Origin: Eubacteriales bacterium
Lineage (GTDB): Bacteria > Bacillota > Clostridia > Oscillospirales > QAKW01
Assembly: GCA_045544255.1 (NCBI GenBank)
Contig: JAZPYP010000028.1
Coordinates: forward strand, 13,064 to 77,063
Length of the DNA: 64,000 bases
Direction: 5' to 3'
This document shows, in pieces, positions 46,108-54,955 of this stretch. Position numbers and translations under genes: made by a program. Each line of letters begins with the position of its first letter. The stretch's first letter is position 1. The notes below the pieces were generated by a model. That model saw only the letters and a list, made by a program, of their open reading frames with translations. It was not told where the DNA came from and did no database searches.

Positions 46108-47346
46108 ATGAAATTATCTGCAATTGCAAAAGAGCTCTACCCCGAAAATCTTTGGGAAAGCCAAGAAATTCGATATACCAAATCTGCCGAGCGCTTTTTA
46201 GCGCTTTTCGGCAAGGAGCAGGAAATGATCATCTCTGCCCCCGGCCGCAGCGAGATCTGCGGCAACCATACCGATCATAATTTAGGCAAAGCAGTTGGTG
46301 CTTCCATTACCCTTGATATCCTTGCCTTTGTTGCTCCGCGCAGCGATGGAAAAATCCGCATTTTAGCCGATGGATTCCCCGCAGTTGAGGCTGATTGCGC
46401 CGATCTTTCCGCAAAAACCGAAGAGGAAGGCACATCTGATGCCTTGGTAAAAGGCGTTGCCTTCAAAATGCAGGAAAAGGGCTATAAGATCGGCGGATTT
46501 GATGCTTATACCACCAATAATGTATCTAAAGGCTCCGGCCTTTCCTCTTCCGCCGCTTTTGAAGTGGTTGTTGCTGCCATTTTCGACCATTTATATAATG
46601 ATGGAAAAATGGATCCCAAGGAAATGGCTATCATTTCCCAATTTGCTGAAAATGTATATTTCGGCAAAGCAAGCGGCCTTTTGGACCAGCTTTCCTGCGC
46701 CTTCGGCGGCATGATTGCCATTGATTTTAAAGATCCAAAGGCCCCCGTTGCCGAACCGATCCCCTTCGATTTTGCCACTACCGGCCATAGCATGGTGATC
46801 ACCGATGTGCATAGCGATCATGCGGATCTGACTGCTGATTATGTTGCCATCAAAACAGAGATGCAACAGGTGGCCAACGCCTTTGGAAAGGATCATTTAA
46901 GAGCTGTTTGCCCCAAAGAATTCAAAGAAAAGCTCCCCGAACTGAAGAAAACTCTTTCCGAGCGGGCTTTGATCCGCGCAAGCCATTATTTCAGAGAGAA
47001 CGATCGAGTTGATGCTTTGCAAAAGGCATTAACCGCGCAAGATTTTGAAGGATTCAAAAAGGTCATCAATGCCTCCGGCAATTCTTCCTATCGCTATCTG
47101 CAAAATATCTATTCCGATCGCGCCCCCACCTCTCAAGCCATTAGCCTTGCTCTTTGCATCAGCGAAGAAATGCTGGAAGGCAAGGGCGCATGGAGAGTGC
47201 ATGGCGGCGGATTCGGCGGCACCATTCAGGCATTTGTGCCCAACGATATGGTGGAGGCTTATACTGCAGAAATGAACCGCATCTTCGGCGAAGGAAGCAG
47301 CTGCGTTCTTCAGATTCGCAAATATGGCCCTGTTCGCGTTGATTAA
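46108..47346 (+). CDS. galK: Galactokinase (GHMP kinase)
   Basis: Start trimmed to MKLSAIAKELYPE, with RBS AAAGGAGAA. Galactokinase signature PGRSEICGNHTDHNLG and GHMP motif GSGLSSSAAFEV. Confidence 0.88.
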   Translation: MKLSAIAKELYPENLWESQEIRYTKSAERFLALFGKEQEMIISAPGRSEICGNHTDHNLGKAVGASITLDILAFVAPRSDGKIRILADGFPAVEADCADLSAKTEEEGTSDALVKGVAFKMQEKGYKIGGFDAYTTNNVSKGSGLSSSAAFEVVVAAIFDHLYNDGKMDPKEMAIISQFAENVYFGKASGLLDQLSCAFGGMIAIDFKDPKAPVAEPIPFDFATTGHSMVITDVHSDHADLTADYVAIKTEMQQVANAFGKDHLRAVCPKEFKEKLPELKKTLSERALIRASHYFRENDRVDALQKALTAQDFEGFKKVINASGNSSYRYLQNIYSDRAPTSQAISLALCISEEMLEGKGAWRVHGGGFGGTIQAFVPNDMVEAYTAEMNRIFGEGSSCVLQIRKYGPVRVD

Positions 47347-47372
47347 TATAGCAAACTAAAGATTATATCATT

Positions 47373-47409
47373 AAAAAGAGTTGCTCGAATCGAACAACTC
47401 TTTTTATTT
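47373..47409. terminator. Bidirectional terminator between galK and the ABC-F gene
   Basis: AAAAAGAGUUG...CAACUCUUUUU palindrome. Confidence 0.7.
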
Positions 47410-49241
47410 TATTCACTTAAAAGAAGCCATTGCTCGGTGAGCTCATCTTGCTCTCGGCGAAGGGATTCCATTTCGGTGCAGATGAGCTGCAGCGCCTCAT
47501 AATCAGCCTCTGCGGCAGCCATTTTTTCCTCAAGAGAAAGGAGTTCCTCTTCGATGGCGGAAAGCCGACGCTCAAGCCTGCTGATCTCTTGCCGCCGCGC
47601 CGCTTCCTTTGCGCGCTCTTCTTTGCTTTTATAGCCGCCTACGGGGACCTTTTTTTCTTTGGGAGGCGCTTTTTCCTCCTGCTTTTCTTCCTTCCAATAG
47701 TCCTCAATATTCTTCAACTCATGCAACCCGCTCTCATCAAGCTTTAAAATTTTAGTAGGAACATGAGAAAGAAAATACCGATCATGGGAAACCACTAAAA
47801 GATTGCCGGAAAACTCTTCCAAGGCGCGCTCTACCTCTTCCCTTGCAGGAAGATCAAGATGGTTAGTGGGTTCATCGAAAAGAAGAGTATTGCGACGCTG
47901 AAGCATTAAAATCACAAACTGCAATCTTGCGCGCTCGCCACCGCTCAAAGTGCCAACCTTTAGTTCCACTTCCTCGCCGATGAAAGAAACCCTTGCCAAT
48001 GCAGCGCGAAGCTCTTGATAGGTGAGGCTCGGAAAATATTCGGAAAGTTCTTCTAAAACAGTTCGATTTTCATCTTCAAACCGAATGGCTTGGCGAAAGA
48101 ACCCCTGCTCCACACCTGCGCCCCAATGAACCTTTCCGCAGGTAGCGGGAACTTCGCCCATAAGAGCGCCAAAAAGAGTGGTTTTTCCACAGCCGTTATC
48201 CCCAACAATTGCAATCTTTTCGCCCTTTTGCATTCTAAAGGAAAGATCGGTAAAAAGCCGATGCCCCTCCCCCACCTCAACAGTGAGATCCTTGCAATGA
48301 AGGGCATCGTTGCCGCCGGCACGATCCACCGGAAATTTAAGCGAGAGGCGGCGAACCACTTCCTTGGGCTTCTCGATCAATTCCATCTTTTCAAGCTGCT
48401 TTCTGCGGCTTTTCGCCATAGCAGAGGTTGAGGCGCGAACAAGGTTGCGATCAATATAATCTGTCAGCTTTGCAACAGTTTCTTCCTGCCGCTCATAAAT
48501 GCGCTCTTGCTCCTTGAGCCATAGCGCTTTTTGCTCTTTATAGGCGCTATAATTACCCAAATAACGGCGAAGAGAACCCTGCTCCATATCCCAAATTTCG
48601 CTAACGCATCGATCAAGGAAAAAGCGGTCATGAGAAACAACGATAACGGTACCTTTATAATTGCTTATGTAGCCCTCAAGCCATGCAATGGTGCGAAAAT
48701 CAAGATGGTTGGTAGGCTCATCGAGCAAAAGAAGATTGGGCTGCTCCACCAAAAGCTTGGCTATGGCAAGGCGCGTCATCTCCCCGCCGGAGAGTTCCTC
48801 CACCCGCATTGAAAGGTCTCTGCCGCCAAAACCAAGGCCTTGCAGCACTGTTTGAATGCGATAATCAATATGATAGGCATCGCTTGCATCAATAATCGCC
48901 TGAAGCCGCGCATATTCCCTCGGATCAGTAGTATGAGGCAGGCTTTCTATTGCAGAAAGCCCTTCGGAAACAACGCTTCTTAATTCCTCAAGAATAGTCC
49001 TTCCGCCGGATAACCCGCTATTTTGCCGAAGATAGCCGATTCTTACTTTTGAAGAATAATCAACTGTACCGCTTGTCGGCTCAATGGCGCCGGATATTAC
49101 ATTAAAAAGCGTTGATTTTCCGGCACCATTGCTTCCAATCAGGCCAATTACAGCCCCCTCTTCACAGCTCACATTGATCTCATTCAAAACCCTTCGATCG
49201 CCAAACTCCATTATTAAGTTTTTGATTGCCAGAATTGTCAT
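47409..49241 (-). CDS. ABC-F family ATPase (two ABC cassettes, no TMD, C-terminal coiled coil)
   Basis: 610 aa. Walker A GSNGAGKST and GDNGCGKTT, two LSGGE signatures, and a Lys/Glu-rich C-terminal helix. Confidence 0.85.
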   Translation of the reverse strand: MTILAIKNLIMEFGDRRVLNEINVSCEEGAVIGLIGSNGAGKSTLFNVISGAIEPTSGTVDYSSKVRIGYLRQNSGLSGGRTILEELRSVVSEGLSAIESLPHTTDPREYARLQAIIDASDAYHIDYRIQTVLQGLGFGGRDLSMRVEELSGGEMTRLAIAKLLVEQPNLLLLDEPTNHLDFRTIAWLEGYISNYKGTVIVVSHDRFFLDRCVSEIWDMEQGSLRRYLGNYSAYKEQKALWLKEQERIYERQEETVAKLTDYIDRNLVRASTSAMAKSRRKQLEKMELIEKPKEVVRRLSLKFPVDRAGGNDALHCKDLTVEVGEGHRLFTDLSFRMQKGEKIAIVGDNGCGKTTLFGALMGEVPATCGKVHWGAGVEQGFFRQAIRFEDENRTVLEELSEYFPSLTYQELRAALARVSFIGEEVELKVGTLSGGERARLQFVILMLQRRNTLLFDEPTNHLDLPAREEVERALEEFSGNLLVVSHDRYFLSHVPTKILKLDESGLHELKNIEDYWKEEKQEEKAPPKEKKVPVGGYKSKEERAKEAARRQEISRLERRLSAIEEELLSLEEKMAAAEADYEALQLICTEMESLRREQDELTEQWLLLSE

Positions 49242-49796
49242 TTAAACCTCCAGAAGATAGGCGCTTAAGGTTTCCCCGATAGGGTGAATATGGGCAAGTT
49301 TAAAACCAAGTTTTTCATAGAAATCCACATTATGGGGATTATAAATTTCAACAACTCCCTTTTTCCCAGCCTTTTTGCATTCGGCAATAAAGGCTTCCAC
49401 CAAGGCGCGGGCATAGCCCTTTCCGCGCTGCTCTTTTGCCACTGAGAGAAGATCAAGGGTATAAAAATCTTCATAAAAAAGCGGTGCCGCTGATTGGCAG
49501 ATCTGCTCATAAACCTTTTGAACTGAAGGAGAAAGGATTACCCGATCAACAGGATCCCCTTCAGGAGGATAAATGCAAAGGGCAGCGCTCCCATCTTCTG
49601 ATTGAATAACATGAAGAAAATCCCAGCAATCGGTTAGATATTTAAGAAAGATCTGATATAGAATCCCTTCCCGCTCTTCTTCATATGGAATATAATGGCA
49701 AAAAAGCGGATCTTTAATAAATCCCTTTGCAAAAAGAGCCGCTAATTGATTGATATTTTCTTTTTTAGCATCTATTATTTTCTTCATGCTTATCAT
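49242..49796 (-). CDS. GNAT-family N-acetyltransferase
   Basis: Motif A QRGKGYARALVEAF ... YEKLGF. The stop abuts the ABC-F start. The start is uncertain (49823, 49796 or 49787). Confidence 0.72.
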   Translation of the reverse strand: MISMKKIIDAKKENINQLAALFAKGFIKDPLFCHYIPYEEEREGILYQIFLKYLTDCWDFLHVIQSEDGSAALCIYPPEGDPVDRVILSPSVQKVYEQICQSAAPLFYEDFYTLDLLSVAKEQRGKGYARALVEAFIAECKKAGKKGVVEIYNPHNVDFYEKLGFKLAHIHPIGETLSAYLLEV

Positions 49797-50478
49797 TATA
49801 CCCTTTCCGATCTTCTTTTTCAATCATTTCTTTTAATGCTTCCAACGCTTTATTCAAACCGCCAACGCCGTCGATCAACCCTTCCGCTACCGCTTGCTCC
49901 CCGCCCAAAACGGTACCAACATCGGTTACCATATTTCCAACCTGAGTCATCAACTGGCGAAGGCGAGATAGCGGTATCCGAGAGTTCTTGATTATAAAAT
50001 CGCAAACGCGCTGCTGCATGGCTTCCAATGTGCGCAAACTTTGAGGCACACCGATGATCGTACCTGTTGCGCGCACGGGATGAAGCGTCATGGTAGCCGT
50101 TGGCACAATAAAAGAGCGTTTTGCAGCGCATGCAAGGGGCACCCCAATCGAATGCCCGCCACCTAATACAAGCGAAACCGTAGGGGTATTCATCGAGGCA
50201 ACCAGTTCTGCAATCGCAAGGCCGGCTTCAACATCGCCTCCCATTGTATTAAGCAATAGTAGCACTCCTTTTGTCTCCTTGCTCTCTTCCATGGAAACTA
50301 AAATCGGAAGAAGATGCTCATACTTTGTTGTTTTATTTTGTTCGGGAGCCAAAAAATGCCCTTCGATCTGCCCAATAATGGAAAGAACCTGAATTCCGCT
50401 ATCGGTATTGGCCACCCCCATTTCGCAAATTTCGCCCATTTCCTCCCCAATTTCTTCATTTTTTTGAAGTTTATCCAT
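49765..50478 (-). CDS. tepA: ClpP-fold protein TepA-like (translocation-enhancing protein family)
   Basis: Start trimmed to MDKLQKNEE, with RBS AAGGTGG. Motifs VLSIIGQIEGH, NKTTKYEH, LNTMGGDVEAGLAIAE and GGGHSIGVP. Confidence 0.8.
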   Translation of the reverse strand: MDKLQKNEEIGEEMGEICEMGVANTDSGIQVLSIIGQIEGHFLAPEQNKTTKYEHLLPILVSMEESKETKGVLLLLNTMGGDVEAGLAIAELVASMNTPTVSLVLGGGHSIGVPLACAAKRSFIVPTATMTLHPVRATGTIIGVPQSLRTLEAMQQRVCDFIIKNSRIPLSRLRQLMTQVGNMVTDVGTVLGGEQAVAEGLIDGVGGLNKALEALKEMIEKEDRKGYNDKHEENNRC

Positions 50479-50548
50479 TAACTCTACCACCTTTCTTTTC
50501 TTATCATCTGCAAAAGTAAAAAAAAAATAAATTTTTTCAAAAAATATG

Positions 50549-50577
50549 TTGACAAACTGAATCTTTTGGTGTATCAT
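50549..50577 (+). promoter_or_regulatory. Sigma-A promoter of the tRNA cluster
   Basis: TTGACA (50549-50554), 17 nt, TATCAT (50572-50577). Confidence 0.6.
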
Positions 50578-50595
50578 ATAACACGTTCTGGGTAC

Positions 50596-50672
50596 GGCGC
50601 TATAGCTCAGTTGGCTAGAGCATGCGGTTCATACCCGCAGTGTCATTGGTTCGAATCCTATTACCGCCACCA
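50596..50672 (+). tRNA. tRNA-Met (anticodon CAU, elongator-like), with CCA encoded
   Basis: Manual cloverleaf: D-arm GCUC-AGUUGGCUA-GAGC, anticodon arm UGCGG-UUCAUAC-CCGCA, T-loop UUCGAAU. Two stem mismatches (C5.C68 and U51.U63). Confidence 0.8.
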
Positions 50673-50747
50673 GGCCCGGTGGTCAAGCGGTTAAGACACC
50701 GCCCTTTCACGGCGGTAACACGGGTTCGATTCCCGTCCGGGTCACCA
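50673..50747 (+). tRNA. tRNA-Glu (anticodon UUC), with CCA encoded
   Basis: GGCCCGGUGGUCAAGCGGUUAAGACACCGCC-CUUUCAC-GGCGG..., close to the Bacillus-type tRNA-Glu as I remember it. It starts at the nucleotide after the preceding CCA. Confidence 0.9.
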
Positions 50748-50755
50748 ATATAAAT

Positions 50756-50831
50756 GGGAGTTTAGCTCAGCTGGGAGAGCATCTGCCTTACAAGCAGAGG
50801 GTCAGCGGTTCGAGCCCGTTAACTCCCACCA
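50756..50831 (+). tRNA. tRNA-Val (anticodon UAC), with CCA encoded
   Basis: GGGAGUU-UA-GCUC-AGCUGGGA-GAGC-A-UCUGC-CUUACAA-GCAGA-GGGUC-AGCGG-UUCGAGC-CCGUU-AACUCCC-ACCA. Confidence 0.9.
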
Positions 50832-50834
50832 AAA

Positions 50835-50870
50835 AAAGCCTTTGTTGAAAAACAAAGGCTTTTTTATTTT
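50835..50870 (+). terminator. Terminator of the tRNA cluster
   Basis: AAAGCCUUUGUU-GAAA-AACAAAGGCUUU followed by UUUAUUUU. Confidence 0.85.
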
Positions 50871-50932
50871 ATAAAAATCCTTTCCTGCCCCAAAAGAAAA
50901 ATGCCGGCTTTAAGCCGGCATTTTTTAATCAT

Positions 50933-51310
50933 TTATTTTTCTTCTTCGATCTGCACATTAACCACATTAACATTAACTGCCGCAACTTCATAGTTGGTCA
51001 TATCATTAATAGCAGAAAGAACCGCATCCTGAACCTTAACAGCAACATCCTGCACATTAGCGCGGAATTTAACGATAAGATTTAAAGTTACAACCAAGCC
51101 GCCTTCGGCATTCTCAACAGAAACACCTTTGCCGGCATATTTCTTGGTAATTAAATCTTTGATATTGCTTCCAAGGGAGGCGGAAAGATCAGCAACCCCA
51201 TCTACTTCTTTAGCAGCAACGCCTGCGATGGTGCAAAGCACTTCATCGGAAATAGCAACAGTTCCAAGCTCATTGGACATATCCATTATTTTGGTCTCCT
51301 TTGCATTCAT
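50933..51310 (-). CDS. Asp23/Gls24-family envelope stress protein
   Basis: 125 aa. Motifs GTVAISDEVLCTIAGVAAKEVDGVADL and a C-terminal VNVNVVNV. Conserved position downstream of spoIIIAH. Confidence 0.85.
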   Translation of the reverse strand: MNAKETKIMDMSNELGTVAISDEVLCTIAGVAAKEVDGVADLSASLGSNIKDLITKKYAGKGVSVENAEGGLVVTLNLIVKFRANVQDVAVKVQDAVLSAINDMTNYEVAAVNVNVVNVQIEEEK

Positions 51311-51371
51311 TTGAAATTATTATATCACAAGGAGCTACCTAATTGCAAGTTTTTTATAAAATACGTATTAT

Positions 51372-51938
51372 TTATGTTTTTGCGGTTTTGATTTCAACAA
51401 TCTTAACCGCCGAAGCAACCATTCCCGATTCGCTGATCACAATTTCATGAATCTGCGCCGCCTCTTCTGTTGATAACCCTTGAGTGGCCACAACAACATT
51501 GACTGCTTCGTCAGTTATGTAAACCATGCAATCAGAAAAGCCCTTTGCCTTAACAAGATTTTCAATGGTGCTTTCGGTATCGGTTACCTTTGCAAGATTG
51601 ATCATATCATTATTGGCTTTTTCTTTCATCTCCTGAGCGCTTTCGCCGCTTTGGGCCACTGTTTTCAAAAGTTCCATAGCTTCATCTCTTGTCTGCTGCT
51701 TATTCAATCTGCATTGAGCGAAATATTCACCCACATCTTTTGCCACAGTTTCCACAAGCTCTGCTTCACCCAGCTTCTTTTCTTCTTCATTTTTTTGATT
51801 GGTGGTTTCTACTGTTTGGTTTTTTTCACCCTCAAGATCAACCTGACCTAAAAAGCGCCAATTAAGATAAACCGCCGCGCACACCACCAATGCCAAACTT
51901 AAAAATACAATTTGCCTTTTATTAATCTTCATACTCAC
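51372..51938 (-). CDS. spoIIIAH: Stage III sporulation protein AH
   Basis: 188 aa with an N-terminal TM segment, an acidic/Lys-rich linker and a C-terminal YscJ-like domain. Last gene of the spoIIIA operon. Confidence 0.8.
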   Translation of the reverse strand: MSMKINKRQIVFLSLALVVCAAVYLNWRFLGQVDLEGEKNQTVETTNQKNEEEKKLGEAELVETVAKDVGEYFAQCRLNKQQTRDEAMELLKTVAQSGESAQEMKEKANNDMINLAKVTDTESTIENLVKAKGFSDCMVYITDEAVNVVVATQGLSTEEAAQIHEIVISESGMVASAVKIVEIKTAKT

Positions 51939-52411
51939 TCACCCGAAACTCTACTTACAACGCAAATTTTATTGCTACCGATCCCAAGCAAAGTGCTGAC
52001 TGCTTTAATAATATCATTTTGGACCTTCGCACTTCCTGCGCCACTGCTGGCAACGGTTACTCCCGCAATCTCCGGAGCACCCTCTCGCAGCAAAACCGGC
52101 GATTCATTTCCCTTTTCATCCCGCACCACCAATACATTTCCATCCTCCCGCACATATTCATAAGCACCATTTGAAGATAGCAAGATGGTAACTCTGCATT
52201 CCCCTGCCCCCTCAACATGGCGAAGCATCTCTACTACTCGGTTTTCAAGATCAGCAAGGTATTCCTGCTCCTCCATTTCCACCGAAGACGAAACTTCTGC
52301 GACCTCCGGCTTCAAAGGACGCATCATCAGAAGAAGCCCTGCCAAAATCATAGCGGGAATATACCAATAATTTTTAATACTATTTTGATATTTTCTGAAC
52401 CACTTAATCAT
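51935..52411 (-). CDS. spoIIIAG: Stage III sporulation protein AG
   Basis: 158 aa with an N-terminal TM segment. Motifs CRVTILLSS and GVTVASSGAGSAKVQNDIIKAV. Overlaps its neighbours. Confidence 0.8.
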   Translation of the reverse strand: MIKWFRKYQNSIKNYWYIPAMILAGLLLMMRPLKPEVAEVSSSVEMEEQEYLADLENRVVEMLRHVEGAGECRVTILLSSNGAYEYVREDGNVLVVRDEKGNESPVLLREGAPEIAGVTVASSGAGSAKVQNDIIKAVSTLLGIGSNKICVVSRVSGE

Positions 52412-52850
52412 TTACTACCTCAATTTTCTCTAAACCGATCTGATAGCGGCTCGAAATTAATTTAGCGGCCAATTCTCTATCCATGCCGGATATGATAACC
52501 CCTTCGATCGAAAAGGCTTCTGCCGCTCCTACCACATCAACGCTTATTACTAATGCATCGATTTTTTCTTCATCGAGAAAGCGCTGAAATTCGCCTTTCA
52601 AGCCTTCTTCCATCATAGAAGCAGTATTCTCCCAAATGGCCTCATTATGGGCATAGGAGCGATTCAAAAGCCCCTCAAGCCCCCTCCAGCTCATGTTTCG
52701 AATACCATTTACAATCGACAGAAGAATGAACACAGAAATAATCGCTTTCATAAGATAAGCAGATTTTCCTTTGGGAATAGACTGCTTCAAATAGGCCATC
52801 AGGACCATTAAAATGCAGATTAAAAGACCGGCGCTTCTCCATCCTTCCAT
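52404..52850 (-). CDS. spoIIIAF: Stage III sporulation protein AF
   Basis: 148 aa with two N-terminal TM helices. Assigned mainly by position in the operon. Confidence 0.7.
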   Translation of the reverse strand: MEGWRSAGLLICILMVLMAYLKQSIPKGKSAYLMKAIISVFILLSIVNGIRNMSWRGLEGLLNRSYAHNEAIWENTASMMEEGLKGEFQRFLDEEKIDALVISVDVVGAAEAFSIEGVIISGMDRELAAKLISSRYQIGLEKIEVVND

Positions 52851-52853
52851 TTT

Positions 52854-53939
52854 CTATACCACCGACATAATTCCAAAAAAAGAAAATAATCCCATCATTC
52901 CGACGCATCCGCCGAGGGCAACCATCAGATAATAACTATTGGCCAAAACAGATGCCACAGAACGAATGGTTGAATCGTTCATAAATTCCGCCACCCATCT
53001 GCAAAGACTCCAAACCAGCCCTTGCATTGCCGCTGATATCAGCGCCGGCAGAATGAGGGATAAAACAATCAAGCCTCCTGCAACTGCAAAAGAAACTTTT
53101 ACGCCTGCCGCCGCAGTAAATAGGCTATCAACACCTTGAGAAAGAGTATTCCCAACCATGGGAATTAAGCTTCCTACAGCAGTTTTAATATATTTTTTCG
53201 CCACCTGATCGCCGGCAGCTGCGGCGGTGCTTTGCAATTTAATCACCAAGCGAAATATAATGGCTAATAAGGAGATTGCCCATAGCATAAATCTTCGAAT
53301 ATTTTTGGCAATGGCCGCAAAATTATATTCATCGCTTACTGCAGAGCAGATTCCGATCGCAAGATAAACATCCGTCAGGGGCATCATAAGCCCATTGGAT
53401 ATTAATGCACCAAGCTCCCCCACCAGCACCAGAACCGCCGAGAAAACAGCCGCTCCCGCCCCTTCCCCCGCCGCAATCATGACAACAGAGAAAGAGGGAA
53501 TGCAGGCAGCGGTAAAAACACCCATATTCTCGATGGATTTTTGCAATCCTGCCGCATTTTGACTCAAGGATTGCTCTACCATTAGTGCAATCGATAGAGA
53601 AATCATAAATGAAAATAGCATCTGCAAATTTTGATTTTGAATATTTCCGCTGCATCGATTCACCAAAACAGAGAGCATCACCAAGGCCAAGCCGGTTACG
53701 AGGCTTTTCAGCGCAGGCCTCAATCCATTTTGAATAAGCCCCCAAAGATAATGCATCATCTTTTTAAAAGAAATTTCCTTTGCGAGCTCTTCGGGATCAG
53801 TTATGTTGGCGCCCTCTGATAAAATGGGATTTTCCGGCGAAACTGAATTTCGAAAATCATCACTATATTCCTCCTCCGCCCCAAAAACAGGGGGCGCAAG
53901 TAAAACCAAAAGCATTAAAAAAATTAATATTCTTTTCAT
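52854..53939 (-). CDS. spoIIIAE: Stage III sporulation protein AE
   Basis: 361 aa with a signal peptide and a polytopic membrane domain. Position supports the call. Confidence 0.82.
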   Translation of the reverse strand: MKRILIFLMLLVLLAPPVFGAEEEYSDDFRNSVSPENPILSEGANITDPEELAKEISFKKMMHYLWGLIQNGLRPALKSLVTGLALVMLSVLVNRCSGNIQNQNLQMLFSFMISLSIALMVEQSLSQNAAGLQKSIENMGVFTAACIPSFSVVMIAAGEGAGAAVFSAVLVLVGELGALISNGLMMPLTDVYLAIGICSAVSDEYNFAAIAKNIRRFMLWAISLLAIIFRLVIKLQSTAAAAGDQVAKKYIKTAVGSLIPMVGNTLSQGVDSLFTAAAGVKVSFAVAGGLIVLSLILPALISAAMQGLVWSLCRWVAEFMNDSTIRSVASVLANSYYLMVALGGCVGMMGLFSFFGIMSVV

Positions 53940-54322
53940 TCCAACAGTCCCATGATAATTTCCAAAAAATCCTCAAAAAGCGGAATTGCAACCACCAATA
54001 GAGTGCATCTGCAAGCAACCTCTAATTTATCGCCCCAACCGCTTTGACCGCAATCCTTGCAGATTCCGATAACAAATTCGCCCAGATAGCAAATAGCAAG
54101 ACCTTTCAATACTGCTTGAAAATATTCATTTTCCACTCCGGCGCTCGCCGCTAAATGGTGGATAAAAGAAAAGACAGAAGAGAGCCGCGCAATAACATAA
54201 AGAAGAATAATTACTGCCCCGCCCAACGAGAGATAGACAGCAAAACGCTCATTAACTCCTTTTATTACCAAGAATAGCAATAAAGAGGCAATAATGGCTG
54301 CTAAAAGCTGATAAATGCTCAT
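53936..54322 (-). CDS. spoIIIAD: Stage III sporulation protein AD
   Basis: 128 aa with 4 TM helices. Position supports the call. Confidence 0.82.
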   Translation of the reverse strand: MSIYQLLAAIIASLLLFLVIKGVNERFAVYLSLGGAVIILLYVIARLSSVFSFIHHLAASAGVENEYFQAVLKGLAICYLGEFVIGICKDCGQSGWGDKLEVACRCTLLVVAIPLFEDFLEIIMGLLE

Positions 54323-54516
54323 GGCAGATCAAATACAGAGCGGATAGCTGAAAAGAGCGCGCTCACTTTATCCAGCAGAACTAAAAGCACAATGATTATT
54401 CCGGCAAGGGTTGTGAGGGTGGAATATTCATCTCGCCCTAATTTGGAAAGCACCATATTCACCACCGCCACAACAATTCCAACAGCGGCTATTTTAAAAA
54501 TCAATTCCACTTCCAT
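54319..54516 (-). CDS. spoIIIAC: Stage III sporulation protein AC
   Basis: Start trimmed to MEVELIFKIAAVGIVVAVVNMVLSKLGRDEY. 65 aa with 2 TM helices. Confidence 0.85.
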   Translation of the reverse strand: MEVELIFKIAAVGIVVAVVNMVLSKLGRDEYSTLTTLAGIIIVLLVLLDKVSALFSAIRSVFDLP

Positions 54517-54517
54517 A

Positions 54518-54955
54518 TTAAAACAGAAATACCGCCACCAAAAAACCGATAGCACCGGTTACCAGCGGTAAGGCTTTTCCGGCGGTTTTCCCCTCTTCCT
54601 CCATTGCAGATATTAAGGCCGCAAGGTCTAAAATATATTTTCGCACCTGCTCCAAAGCTTCTTGATAAGCTGCTTTTTTCAAAGAATTAATCAGAGAACA
54701 AAACCGTTCCGAATCCTCTTTTAAAAGCCCCTCTTGAGGCTCGCCCATCAAAAGCTTTTGGATAAATGAGCCTTGGCTTTCAAAATAATCCAATGCAGAG
54801 TCTCTATATTCCGATAGATTCCCCTCATAGTTTTTGGCAATAGAATAGAGCTTTTTGAGTGCGCCAAGTCTGCGCTTTTGCTGATGGGAACGCACCCAGC
54901 CCAAGAGATAACCGCCGCTAATGATCATCAATGCACCAAAAATCTTCGTCGTCAT
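54518..54955 (-). CDS. spoIIIAB: Stage III sporulation protein AB
   Basis: 145 aa with an N-terminal TM segment followed by a helical domain. Position supports the call. Confidence 0.75.
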   Translation of the reverse strand: MTTKIFGALMIISGGYLLGWVRSHQQKRRLGALKKLYSIAKNYEGNLSEYRDSALDYFESQGSFIQKLLMGEPQEGLLKEDSERFCSLINSLKKAAYQEALEQVRKYILDLAALISAMEEEGKTAGKALPLVTGAIGFLVAVFLF

